From positions 1 through 40,944 of the IMG/VR virus record IMGVR_UViG_3300022897_000001: a stretch of 40,944 nt of DNA; one strand, given 5' to 3'. The first letter of the stretch is position 1. Each line of letters starts with the position of its first letter. The notes beneath the pieces were generated by a model, which was given only the letters and a program-made list of their open reading frames with translations, was not told where the DNA came from and made no database searches. Made by a program: the position numbers and the translations under genes. Source of the DNA: a virus. Its lineage: Duplodnaviria > Caudoviricetes. Below are positions 8,551 to 17,362 of this stretch, in pieces.

Positions 8551-9320
8551 CAGAACGGAAGGCGTAGCGTGATTTTCTGCACGCCAGCATAGTCTCGCTT
8601 GCGCGTTCCGCTGAACCCGCCGAATCCAAAGACGTCGCCCCACTTCTTTTGCAGCAGCGCAACGTCGCGCTTCTCGGTGTCGCTTGTGCGATATGCCGCC
8701 TGCCCGCCGCGGCCGGTGAAAGTTTCCTTTTGGCAAAACGTGTAGCGGCAATCCTTCACGCAGAGCCGGTGCTTGTGAGCGTTCGCGCAGGCGATATCGA
8801 AATCGTTCTTCGCAACGATGCGTTCATCGAAGCGGAGGCCGTGGCCACGGCGAAAGCCCATGGCACAGCCGTTGATGTAGCCGGTGAGCATGAACGGTTT
8901 CAGTCCCGTGTAGTAGCGGAGCGCGCCATTGCTGGCTTCCCATCCGAAATAATAGGCGCCCACGTCGGCAGCCAGGCGCGCGGTGTTTTCGATGATCTCC
9001 TTCACCAGCCACGGTTCGCGGATCGTCGCCGCCTCGCCTCGCTCAACAAAGCACCGCTGCACGCTGAGAATGTCGTCATCGACAAACACGAGCGCCTCGG
9101 CGTTCAGCCTGGCGAGCGCCCCTTTATCCCAACTCTGCAGCACCCAATTAAGTTTTGGAGTGAGGCCCTTTACGCTGTCGGGATGGACCAGCACCGCGTT
9201 GTCCACTCGCGCGTTGTAGTCGCGGAGCTGGCTTTGCGGAACGCACACGATCGCGTTTGGAAGCAACCGGTGTGTGGTCATCGTCGCCGCTCTGGACATC
9301 GAGGGAATGACGATTACCAC
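8550..9320 (-). CDS. TAGT/GREB1-like GT-A glycosyltransferase, putative DNA modification
   Basis: IVIPSMSRA, VFVDDDI, FDERIVAKNDFD, GG...RT...LQKKWG; start uncertain (GTG 9320, ATG 9440 or 9527). Confidence 0.72.
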   Translation of the reverse strand: MVIVIPSMSRAATMTTHRLLPNAIVCVPQSQLRDYNARVDNAVLVHPDSVKGLTPKLNWVLQSWDKGALARLNAEALVFVDDDILSVQRCFVERGEAATIREPWLVKEIIENTARLAADVGAYYFGWEASNGALRYYTGLKPFMLTGYINGCAMGFRRGHGLRFDERIVAKNDFDIACANAHKHRLCVKDCRYTFCQKETFTGRGGQAAYRTSDTEKRDVALLQKKWGDVFGFGGFSGTRKRDYAGVQKITLRLPF

Positions 9321-10014
9321 GGAGTGCTTCGATGGCGCGCGCAAGCGGGATAGCGCGTCCGATGCCGACGCCGGTTTTCTTGTAACTCTTTTCGACGCGC
9401 GCCCCGAGGAGGTTTTGGAGGAAGGCAAATTCTGTTTCATTGGTGGTAAATATAAGGACGTAATCGTAGGACTCGCCGAGCTTCGCGGTGATCGGGAATT
9501 CGGCTTCTGGAATATCGGCATCGGCAAGCAACTGCTGCAGTTCGTCTTCGCTCACCGCCGCGAATTGGATCTCGCCGGCATCGAGTTCGCCCAGGAGCTG
9601 ACGCAATGCGTCCTCGTCAGTGGTGGCGAGTTTCGCGAGCTGATTGTCCGCGGCCACATCGCGCAATTCCTCAGCGCGTGAAGCATAGTGCTGATTCTCG
9701 ATCGGCACGGACCACCCGCGGCGGCGCGCCATTTGCACCAAGCCGTTTCCCTTCGTGATGCAACCGGACAACGTGGATCTCACCGCGCATCGTCGGTAGC
9801 CATTCCCGACGACAACGGTTTCGTATCGATCGAGCTGCTTCGGTGGATGCACCTGCGGATTCTTCGAGTTCGGTTGCTCGCTCCAAAGCTTCAGTTCGTG
9901 AGCCGGAACGATTTCATCGAAGTTGCAGAAAACTGGGATATCGCCAGCGTGGGCGCGCGGTTTCGCCGCTGCCGGCCGACGCCGCTTCGTTTCATGGGAA
10001 GTTCGCTTTTTCAT
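9148..10014 (-). CDS. ParB/Srx-like N-terminal domain protein
   Basis: NP.VHPPKQL...ITKGNG...ADNQLAKLA; YDYVLIF C-terminal segment. Confidence 0.72.
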   Translation of the reverse strand: MKKRTSHETKRRRPAAAKPRAHAGDIPVFCNFDEIVPAHELKLWSEQPNSKNPQVHPPKQLDRYETVVVGNGYRRCAVRSTLSGCITKGNGLVQMARRRGWSVPIENQHYASRAEELRDVAADNQLAKLATTDEDALRQLLGELDAGEIQFAAVSEDELQQLLADADIPEAEFPITAKLGESYDYVLIFTTNETEFAFLQNLLGARVEKSYKKTGVGIGRAIPLARAIEALRGNRHSLDVQSGDDDHTPVASKRDRVRSAKPAPRLQRASGQRGAGPSRQRKGPHSKT

Positions 10015-10169
10015 CGTGTGTGCAAAACTGATGGGATGTCGCCTAGACTGCTCGGGAGGGGGGTCTCCCTAAGAGATTCCTTACTGGGGGGGTGGTCCGG
10101 TCGCCTCTGACCCGTCTGCAAGGCCGGTTTCCATGCGTTTGCGTGACCGATTCGGTGAAAACTTCTCAT

Positions 10170-11867
10170 CTACTTCCCCTTTTTTCCGGCCGTCCGGACT
10201 TCTGCCTCGATCTTCTTTGGATCGATGCCCCAGAGCTTGCAGATCTCGACGAAGCCAGTTGGCCAATCACCATCGCCGAAATCGTAAGGCTGATGCTCGT
10301 ACGCAAGGCCCTCAACGATGAAGCCGCAAAGCTGCTTTGCGTTGAATCCACTCTTCACCTGAACCTTTAGTCTTTCCCCAGGACGATCTGTCTCCCCTAG
10401 CCCACGACGCTTGACCACGTCTGCAGCTCTCACGCTCGAGCAGCAGAGCTTCCCGTTCACGACACCAGCGATGTATCGAAGGAAGTACTCAGTTGGTCCA
10501 TTGCGTTCAGCAGCATCGACAAGCTGATTGAGTGTTAGCTTCCACGCTTGACGACGGATCGCTGATCTCTCGCGCTTCAGCCGCGCTGCTTTCTTCTCAG
10601 CCTCAGCGTTCGCAGGCTTCTTCACGTTGGTCAGCTCGAAGGTGTAGCCCGCTTCTTTGATCGCCTTCGCCGCATCTTTCTCGAGGACGCACTTCTTCGG
10701 ATTACCGTCGTCAGTGCGCGCTATCGTGATCGCGATTTCGCTTTTGCGTAAAAGCGTCTCGTAGTTTCGCCGCTTCGGATCGGCGTAGCAGCTCGATGCC
10801 AGATCTAAATATCCAGCAGGCACGTAGGCACCCCACGTCAGGAATTTCTCGCTCTGATCGAAACCGAGCACGGTGATGTTATCACCAGCGAGCTTTTCTG
10901 ATTTTTCCTTCCATTCACGGCGATCCTTCAATTCTTCCCGCGCTTCCTCCATGAGCTGCTGAGAGCGGCGAAACGAGAGGATCCCATTTTCCACTTCCTC
11001 ACGCTTTTCTGGATGCAGGATTTTGCGCGTCAGTTCGCGGCGCGCGTCTTCATCATCGAGCCGCGTGATGAGTTCCGCATGGCTCGCCGGCATCTTTCCG
11101 CTTTTCGCGGCCGCGAGGGCTTCAGTCGGCAGATCGAGCAACGCGAGCCTGGCATAGATCGTCGTCTTGCTGAGCAGTTTTCCACCCTCGCCCAATTCCT
11201 TCGCGATTTCCGGAATCGTCATGCCCATGTCCCGCATGCGTCTGTATCCTTCCGCCTGCGCGATTGGACGCAGGCCTTTGCGCCGTAGATTTTCGGTGAG
11301 CTGGGCAATCAGTGCTTCGCGTTCCGTCATGTGGCGCACCACCACCGGCACTTCTTTTAGCCCTGCCTCTTTCGCGGCGGTCCACCGCTGTTCACCAATC
11401 ACCAGCTCATGAGTGGGTTTTGTTTTACGCCACCGCTCTGCTTCCGCCTCGGCAGCGGTTTCCATTGCGAAATGAGGTCCGCCGAAGCGGACTTCATCAC
11501 CAATGAGAGTGACGATCTGATATTGGCCGGTTTCGCATCGACGCACTTCGAATTTGATCGCGCGAGCAAGCAACGGCTGAAGGATGCCGTGCTCCCTGAT
11601 GCTTTCGACAAGTCGGCAAAACTCATCGTCCTTCTCGACATCGCGATTTGTCCAACTGCGCTGCAGTTTCCCGACGGCAATCATTTGATAGCCGCCGCCG
11701 TTCGCGATTTCAGCCTTCGCCGTGGCTGAAAGCTTCGTGATGTCCGTTACGCCGGCGCGAGCTGAAGCATCAGCCAGGAACTGCTCGTTGTGTGCGATCG
11801 CGCTCGCCAATGCGGACCGGGCACCGCTGCCCGGCGCGGTGGACGCGCTTTTTGGGGTCATGGTCAT
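10170..11867 (-). CDS. parB: ParB/Spo0J-family partition protein
   Basis: LVESIREHGILQPLLAR, LVIGEQRWTAA, ENLRRKGL, HTH. Confidence 0.85.
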   Translation of the reverse strand: MTMTPKSASTAPGSGARSALASAIAHNEQFLADASARAGVTDITKLSATAKAEIANGGGYQMIAVGKLQRSWTNRDVEKDDEFCRLVESIREHGILQPLLARAIKFEVRRCETGQYQIVTLIGDEVRFGGPHFAMETAAEAEAERWRKTKPTHELVIGEQRWTAAKEAGLKEVPVVVRHMTEREALIAQLTENLRRKGLRPIAQAEGYRRMRDMGMTIPEIAKELGEGGKLLSKTTIYARLALLDLPTEALAAAKSGKMPASHAELITRLDDEDARRELTRKILHPEKREEVENGILSFRRSQQLMEEAREELKDRREWKEKSEKLAGDNITVLGFDQSEKFLTWGAYVPAGYLDLASSCYADPKRRNYETLLRKSEIAITIARTDDGNPKKCVLEKDAAKAIKEAGYTFELTNVKKPANAEAEKKAARLKRERSAIRRQAWKLTLNQLVDAAERNGPTEYFLRYIAGVVNGKLCCSSVRAADVVKRRGLGETDRPGERLKVQVKSGFNAKQLCGFIVEGLAYEHQPYDFGDGDWPTGFVEICKLWGIDPKKIEAEVRTAGKKGK

Positions 11868-12988
11868 TGCGTTGGTGGTTTGGGTTGCTGCTGAGCGCGC
11901 AGCCGCTCATTGGCGACAAATGCGCGCAGGAATCGTCCGAATTGATCGCGGAGCCATGCACCGCGAGAAGTGGGTTCACCTTTCGTTTCAATCCGCAGCT
12001 TGAGCTGCGAGATCGCTTCGAGGACCGCTCGCCTGTGAACGCGGATCGCATTGGCGCGCCACCATCCGCCCCAGTCCTCCATGACACGTTCGCCGAGGAC
12101 AATTCGCAGGAAGGCGACTATCTCATCTTCGGTAGCGCCGGGATCGAGCGGCGTATCTGGCCACCAGCGTTCCCGATTCGGGAACGTGCCACTCAGTGCA
12201 CTCAATGTCTTCAGTGCTTTTTGTGGTTCCGTAGAAAACACTGAAGCATTTAATGCACTTAATGGAGTGTTCCCGATTCGGGAACCGCCCGTTCCCGATT
12301 CGGGAACAACGGACGGCCCAGGTGGTGCGTTCCATAAATATTCACTCGCCTCAGGTGCGGAGGCAGTGGAAATTTCGGACCCGCTGCCGCACCTCGGCGC
12401 GGGGTCCGTTCCCGGTGGCTGTGTGGGCTCACCACTGCCGGGCATATAGGCAGCGGGTTTCGGTACACAGACACTCCCCGGAAAATCTCTAGGCCCGTCG
12501 CCGATCGCGATGCGATGGTGCGCAATCAGCGCCGCACGCATTCTCTCGATGGCAAGCGCCTCTGCAAGTTCACGCTCGACGCCGGGGCCAAACAGCTCGG
12601 CTTGCTGGGTGCCGTTTGCGGCGTCGATTGCTCGCTCGAGCAGCTCGGCCGAGGCGCGGCCTTCCGCGGTGCGGTGTCGCGGCGCATAGAGCCACGGCCA
12701 CTCACGCGAGGGCGGTAAAAAAGTGTAGATGCGACCGTCCGCGCTAACCTCCAGCGCGCGGCCACGAATTAGCCGTGCAACGGTTTCATGCACGTTGCCG
12801 CGCGAGATCCCGGTGAGCGTCGCAAGCTCTGCCTGCGCCCCGAGACTCACAAAGGGGCGACCGACGACAAACGAGCGTCGGATGATCGTCGCTGAAATGA
12901 CCATCTCACGCTCGCTCAGTTGATGCCGGCAGATTTCCCGCCAGCAAACTGCTTCGACTTTTGAGAGATCAAGTTCGTAGGTGCTCAA
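11864..12988 (-). CDS. Phage replication initiator (lambda O-like architecture)
   Basis: N-terminal wHTH QAELATLTGISRGNVHETVARL; internal iterons. Confidence 0.7.
   Translation of the reverse strand: MSTYELDLSKVEAVCWREICRHQLSEREMVISATIIRRSFVVGRPFVSLGAQAELATLTGISRGNVHETVARLIRGRALEVSADGRIYTFLPPSREWPWLYAPRHRTAEGRASAELLERAIDAANGTQQAELFGPGVERELAEALAIERMRAALIAHHRIAIGDGPRDFPGSVCVPKPAAYMPGSGEPTQPPGTDPAPRCGSGSEISTASAPEASEYLWNAPPGPSVVPESGTGGSRIGNTPLSALNASVFSTEPQKALKTLSALSGTFPNRERWWPDTPLDPGATEDEIVAFLRIVLGERVMEDWGGWWRANAIRVHRRAVLEAISQLKLRIETKGEPTSRGAWLRDQFGRFLRAFVANERLRAQQQPKPPTQ
12169..12307. repeat. Putative replication origin: three 17-bp palindromic iterons plus an AT-richer spacer
   Basis: GTTCCCGATTCGGGAAC at 12169, 12269 and 12291. 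Confidence 0.8.
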
Positions 12989-13225
12989 TGTGTGAGCACC
13001 CCCTTTCCGACAGCCGGGCCAATGATGGCCGGCGCAGATTGGGCACGCGATCTAAGGTGCGATTTCATGTTGGGGAATTGCTTCGTTTGGGTTAAGTAAC
13101 GGGCCGAGGGGGAATTCCGGGCCGGCGCTGTTACTGCGGCGCCGGCCCGTTTGATTTATCCGCGAGCGCGAATCCCCCGGATCATTTGCGCTCACGATTT
13201 GGGTTCACTCATGCGTTTGCCGGAC

Positions 13226-13633
13226 TTAGCCGGCTCCCTCCTTTCTCGTTGGGAGAGTGGGCGCGCTCCGCTTTGGGAACGGTGTGATTCTTGCCGCTAA
13301 CTCGGCCTTGACCTTCGTTTCGCGCGGTGTGGCCGCGATGAGCAGCTTCCCCTTCCGCCGTGCTGCCTCGACGACTTGGCTGCGGAAATAGCGCGGATCG
13401 TTCTGACCAAACGCGAGGCTCTTTTCCAAGCCGTAGTCTCGCCAGTTCGCGCGTAAAATCGGGACAGTTACACCAATCATTTCGGCGGCTTCCTGCGGCG
13501 TCATCAGCTCACAGTGCAGCTCTGCCATGCGCGTCAGCAGCCGGTCCGCCAGATCTGGCTGTGATACCAGGACACGCTCAAAAGCGCGCGAGACGCCTTC
13601 AATCACCAGCTCGTCAGCGATCGAAGTGCTCAT
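13226..13633 (-). CDS. Excisionase-like HTH DNA-binding protein
   Basis: LMTPQEAAEMIGVTVPILRANW...PRYFRSQV. Confidence 0.65.
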   Translation of the reverse strand: MSTSIADELVIEGVSRAFERVLVSQPDLADRLLTRMAELHCELMTPQEAAEMIGVTVPILRANWRDYGLEKSLAFGQNDPRYFRSQVVEAARRKGKLLIAATPRETKVKAELAARITPFPKRSAPTLPTRKEGAG

Positions 13634-13797
13634 TCGTTCCTCCGTTTCCCTGCCTGACTTTCCCACTCACGAATCTGCTTCCGCCGCTCTCGCATGAAAA
13701 AGGCGACGAACGCGAAAAAGAGAATGGCGCCGCACACGCACGCGAAGCCAAAAAGGGCCTCCAGCGACCAATCGGAAAGTGGTGGGATGTCTTTCAT
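13630..13797 (-). CDS. Small single-TM membrane protein
   Basis: ALFGFACVCGAILFFAFVAFF; ATGA coupling at both ends. Confidence 0.6.
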   Translation of the reverse strand: MKDIPPLSDWSLEALFGFACVCGAILFFAFVAFFMRERRKQIREWESQAGKRRNE

Positions 13798-15515
13798 TGG
13801 AAAAACTCCGAGCTGGCGCGGATCTCGCGGCCCACGTCCTCGATGAGTTCGAGGACGCGCAGTTTTGAAAGGTAGTTCGAGAAGGTTCCGCTCTCGGATG
13901 ACATCTGCGTTGCCTCGCCGATCTGCGCCCGCGTCAGCGCCGAGGGATAAGACGCGGCTACGGCCTTCAGAATGCGCGTAGCGCCGTTTGTAGGCCCCAA
14001 TTCGGCCAACCAATGGTCTAGGAGGCCCGCGCCATTCGGCAGCGGCGTAAACTCCCCTAGCGATTCAACTCCGGCCGGAGTGAGCTGATGGCGGTCGCCG
14101 GTCGTATCGAGCCAGCCGTTCGTGCGCAGCTTCGACAGGTAATTGGAGAACGTCCCGCTCTGGCTCGACATGCCGGCGCGCACGCCGATCTGGCGGCGCG
14201 TGAGTCCAGGACGTTGCGCCAGCGCAACCATGATCCGGCGCAGGCCGCTTTTGGGTGCATCGCCCGCAGCCGGAGGACGCGCGGTGGCATTGTGACGCGC
14301 CCCAAGAGACACCGGCAACGCGGCCGGCGCCGACTGCGGACGATGCAAATTGTTCTGCGCCTGTGCGGGCCTCGCTGCTCGCTCCAAAGATTCCGCGGTT
14401 TGTTTCACGAAAGCAGCGTGCGCCCCTAGGTTGTCGATCTGCCTGCGCAGCTCGTTAAAGTGCGCTTCAAACGCGGCCGCCTGCCCCTTCAGCTCTGCAA
14501 TCACGGCCGGATCGATCGGTGCGGGCGCAGGTTTTGCAGCGGTAGACTGCAATTTTGCATTCTCACGCTGCAAATCGTCGATGCGCTTCCGCAGCTCGCG
14601 CGGGTCTTTCGCCTTCGCCTCCTCGATGACCGTCGCCATCTTCTCCTTCACTTCGGCGATGTCCACAGCGGCCCAGCCTGACGCCTTCACCGCCTTTTGA
14701 AGCTGCGGCGGCGCAAAGGAATCAAACGTCTCGAACATCGGAAACGCGACACGAACCGGCCCATAGTTTTCCTCCGGCGACCAAACGTAAGCGGAGCCGC
14801 GCGGCAAGCTGGCAAGACCGTTGAGAACTTCAGTGCCCTGCGCAGTATCTCCGCATCCCTTTATCCATTCTTGAACCGCCGCGCGATCAGCAGCGTGAAT
14901 GACGCGCATCGCGATTAGCGTCTCGCACGACGTCAGCGCGTCGTTGTGCACCTTCTGCGGCCGCTGGCTTGCGATCAGTGCGACGATGCCGATTCCTCGG
15001 CCCTCGGACATGAGTCGATTCGACCAGTGCAGCGCGATCCCGGCGCGGTCCTCACTGTCGGACATCTTCCAATTCTTCGGCGCAAAGTTGTGAAATTCAT
15101 CGCCGACCAGGTAAAGCTCCCCTGAGTTCGCGTTGAAAATTCCCTTCGCGAAGTCGATGTAAAATTGGAGCATCGCCGAGGTGGTCCCCCCACGGAATCC
15201 GATGATGCAAGGCCGGTTCCCGCTTGTGATCAGCTCAGCGACGTGAGCACCGCTGTGAGCGCTTATCGGCACGTCCTGCGCGCGTGCGTCCTTGAAGTCA
15301 CCAAAGGCAATCACGGGAAAGCCCGCTGCCTTGGGTCCCGAATATTTCAGGCCCCACCAATCGCCCTTCGGATCGAGAACGCACACACGCTTTTTCCGTT
15401 CGAGCAAATGTTCGACGATGTGGCGCAGAGCTGACGACTTCCCGGCTCCAGTTTTGCCCAACACAACGCCGTGCTGCTTCAACGTCTTTTCGGGAATGCA
15501 CAGTGCGTTTTTCAT
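13794..15515 (-). CDS. HerA/FtsK-like (DUF87) ATPase with two C-terminal wHTH repeats
   Basis: GKTGAGKS, VLDPKGDW, GDEFHNFAP, EGRGIG, ASQRP; repeated SGTFSNYLSKLR. Confidence 0.85.
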   Translation of the reverse strand: MKNALCIPEKTLKQHGVVLGKTGAGKSSALRHIVEHLLERKKRVCVLDPKGDWWGLKYSGPKAAGFPVIAFGDFKDARAQDVPISAHSGAHVAELITSGNRPCIIGFRGGTTSAMLQFYIDFAKGIFNANSGELYLVGDEFHNFAPKNWKMSDSEDRAGIALHWSNRLMSEGRGIGIVALIASQRPQKVHNDALTSCETLIAMRVIHAADRAAVQEWIKGCGDTAQGTEVLNGLASLPRGSAYVWSPEENYGPVRVAFPMFETFDSFAPPQLQKAVKASGWAAVDIAEVKEKMATVIEEAKAKDPRELRKRIDDLQRENAKLQSTAAKPAPAPIDPAVIAELKGQAAAFEAHFNELRRQIDNLGAHAAFVKQTAESLERAARPAQAQNNLHRPQSAPAALPVSLGARHNATARPPAAGDAPKSGLRRIMVALAQRPGLTRRQIGVRAGMSSQSGTFSNYLSKLRTNGWLDTTGDRHQLTPAGVESLGEFTPLPNGAGLLDHWLAELGPTNGATRILKAVAASYPSALTRAQIGEATQMSSESGTFSNYLSKLRVLELIEDVGREIRASSEFFQ

Positions 15516-15733
15516 GAGGGAAGAATCAAACCGCTGTCGTTGGCGTAGGCCTCGCCGCTCGCGATCCAAATCCAGTATCGGATCGCGCACCATGAGCAGA
15601 AGTTTTCGGAGTCGATCACCCAATAACACGAAGCACCGATCTGCGCATCGATGCAGGCATGGCTATCGGTGCAACCGCAGGCCACGCACCGCCCTGGCGG
15701 CGCTGCGATCGTGAGAGCTGCGCGCTCGCTCAT
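15512..15733 (-). CDS. Small Cys-rich hypothetical protein
   Basis: CVACGCTDSHAC...CYW...CSWC. Confidence 0.7.
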   Translation of the reverse strand: MSERAALTIAAPPGRCVACGCTDSHACIDAQIGASCYWVIDSENFCSWCAIRYWIWIASGEAYANDSGLILPS

Positions 15734-15861
15734 GAGTCTCCTTTCCGGCCGTGCGGAATCGGCGGTTTGACGGGCGGCAGAACCACCTTCACGCGGTCAA
15801 TCAGGCGACCGTTCAAATAAACGTTCACGCCGCGCATCGTGAGCAAGAATTCGAGATTCAT
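15730..15861 (-). CDS. Small hypothetical protein
   Basis: MNLEFLLT..., ATGA-coupled on both sides. Confidence 0.45.
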   Translation of the reverse strand: MNLEFLLTMRGVNVYLNGRLIDRVKVVLPPVKPPIPHGRKGDS

Positions 15862-16112
15862 GCGCGGGCGTGTGCAGGGTTGATGCCGGCGCGGCGGGCT
15901 TCGTAGGCACGGTGTAGCCAGCCACCGGGGTTTGTGATGGGAGGCTTTCCTTTTAGAGCCAGCCGGCTTTCCAAGTCCTTTGCGGCTTCCGACAATGCCT
16001 CGAAGTTTTCGGCAGCGTATTGCTCCCACTGCGATTTATTGCGGTAGTAGGACGCGCTGCCGATCAGCGTGCACACCTTCGAGAGCAAATCTGTGACAGC
16101 GCTCGCGTTCAT
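15858..16112 (-). CDS. Hypothetical protein resembling the initiator C-terminal domain
   Basis: EALSEAAKDLESRLALKGKPPITNPGGWLHRAY. Confidence 0.6.
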   Translation of the reverse strand: MNASAVTDLLSKVCTLIGSASYYRNKSQWEQYAAENFEALSEAAKDLESRLALKGKPPITNPGGWLHRAYEARRAGINPAHARA

Positions 16113-16366
16113 GCCGGGCGGATTCTTGTGCAGCAATACCCGCCGCGGATTCCCTCGACCATCGCGATCCAGCCGCCATGTCCGAGGGTCCACGGCAACG
16201 CCGTGAGTTTCGTGTGTGTCTGCTGGCCGTCGTCGAGTGTGACGATCACCGGCATTCCCACCGTCGTCAGCTTCATCGCCGCGGTGTAACTCGCGCCGAT
16301 CCGTTTGAGCTGCTCAGACATGGAAAAGCCCGGCATCTTTTTGCGACGTGAATTTCGAGCAATCAC
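16109..16366 (-). CDS. Hypothetical protein
   Basis: Coupled ORF in early operon. Confidence 0.55.
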   Translation of the reverse strand: MIARNSRRKKMPGFSMSEQLKRIGASYTAAMKLTTVGMPVIVTLDDGQQTHTKLTALPWTLGHGGWIAMVEGIRGGYCCTRIRPA

Positions 16367-16662
16367 GTTCCGGCCTCCGTGCTTTTCGCTGCTGCGATAG
16401 CCGCCCTCTGCGCTTCCTGCCTGATAAGCTCGATCTTGGCGCGAAGCAGAATCGTGACCGCCTTCCGCGACAGGATTGCGCGCTCTGCATCCTCGCCGGT
16501 CTTTTTGGCGCGGCGCTCGCTTTCGTCCTGCGATCCCCCCCTAGACAAGAAGATATCGACAACCGTCGAGGCCATGGCGTCAGCGCTTGGAGCTTTCTCC
16601 CATGCGTCGAGAGCTTGCATCAAAAGCTCGCAGTCTTTTTCGGTGAGTTCGCCGAGGTTCAC
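16363..16662 (-). CDS. Hypothetical protein
   Basis: GTGA-coupled ORF in early operon. Confidence 0.65.
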   Translation of the reverse strand: MNLGELTEKDCELLMQALDAWEKAPSADAMASTVVDIFLSRGGSQDESERRAKKTGEDAERAILSRKAVTILLRAKIELIRQEAQRAAIAAAKSTEAGT

Positions 16663-17012
16663 GCCGGCACCTCACTTCCCACTGGCTCAGCGAATGCAAA
16701 GGCTTTGCTGGGCATTTCGCCGGGCACCAAAATGGTGACAGGCCGGATATCGAAAAGACCGCCGCTTGTGTAATTACACGGTCCACTTCCCTCGCCTCCG
16801 AGCCAGTCACGCTTCGCTGGTCCGTAGCGACCGATGCAATTGAAGTAGGCGCTTTCTGCCGTCGCGCCCTGATCCTTATAGGGCCGGAAATCCTCAACGG
16901 CTTGAACGTGACCGCAGCCAGGACAAACAAACTTCCATTTCAATTTGTCCGTGCCGAAACGACGCTCGCCCTCAGCAAGCCAGTGATCGAGAGTGATAGT
17001 GAGCTGTTTCAC
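16659..17012 (-). CDS. VVA0879-like Cys-containing phage protein
   Basis: WKFVCPGCGHVQAVEDF...CIGR...CNYTSGGLF. Confidence 0.65.
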   Translation of the reverse strand: MKQLTITLDHWLAEGERRFGTDKLKWKFVCPGCGHVQAVEDFRPYKDQGATAESAYFNCIGRYGPAKRDWLGGEGSGPCNYTSGGLFDIRPVTILVPGEMPSKAFAFAEPVGSEVPA

Positions 17013-17362
17013 GCCGGCACCCCACTTCCCAATTTGCCCAGGACCGCCGCGATTTCCTCGGTGATGCCGCTGAAGTTCGCGAGCTGCATGGCGAGCCGGC
17101 GCGCGCGGCGATACGGCTCCGGCTCGATCACCGCGCCTTTCTCAAGCGACTCCGCGATGTAGCGAGCACCGCCACGCATCGCGACCAATTCATGCAATGC
17201 GTCCTCAGCGACGGAAAAGCTGTTATAGCCGGAACGCTCTTCGCGATAGTTCGTCGCGTCGTCGTCCCATAGCATGATGAAAACTTGCCGATCGTAGTCC
17301 TCTGCGATCATCCAACGCTCGCCGCCAAGTTCGAGCTGCTTAGTGGTGACGAACTCTTTCAA
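17009..17362 (-). CDS. Hypothetical protein
   Basis: Coupled ORF. Confidence 0.6.
   Translation of the reverse strand: MKEFVTTKQLELGGERWMIAEDYDRQVFIMLWDDDATNYREERSGYNSFSVAEDALHELVAMRGGARYIAESLEKGAVIEPEPYRRARRLAMQLANFSGITEEIAAVLGKLGSGVPA

Noticed and set aside
12169-12307. Mini CRISPR array
   Set aside because: Repeats are 17 bp with 83- and 5-bp spacers, lie inside a CDS, and no cas genes are seen
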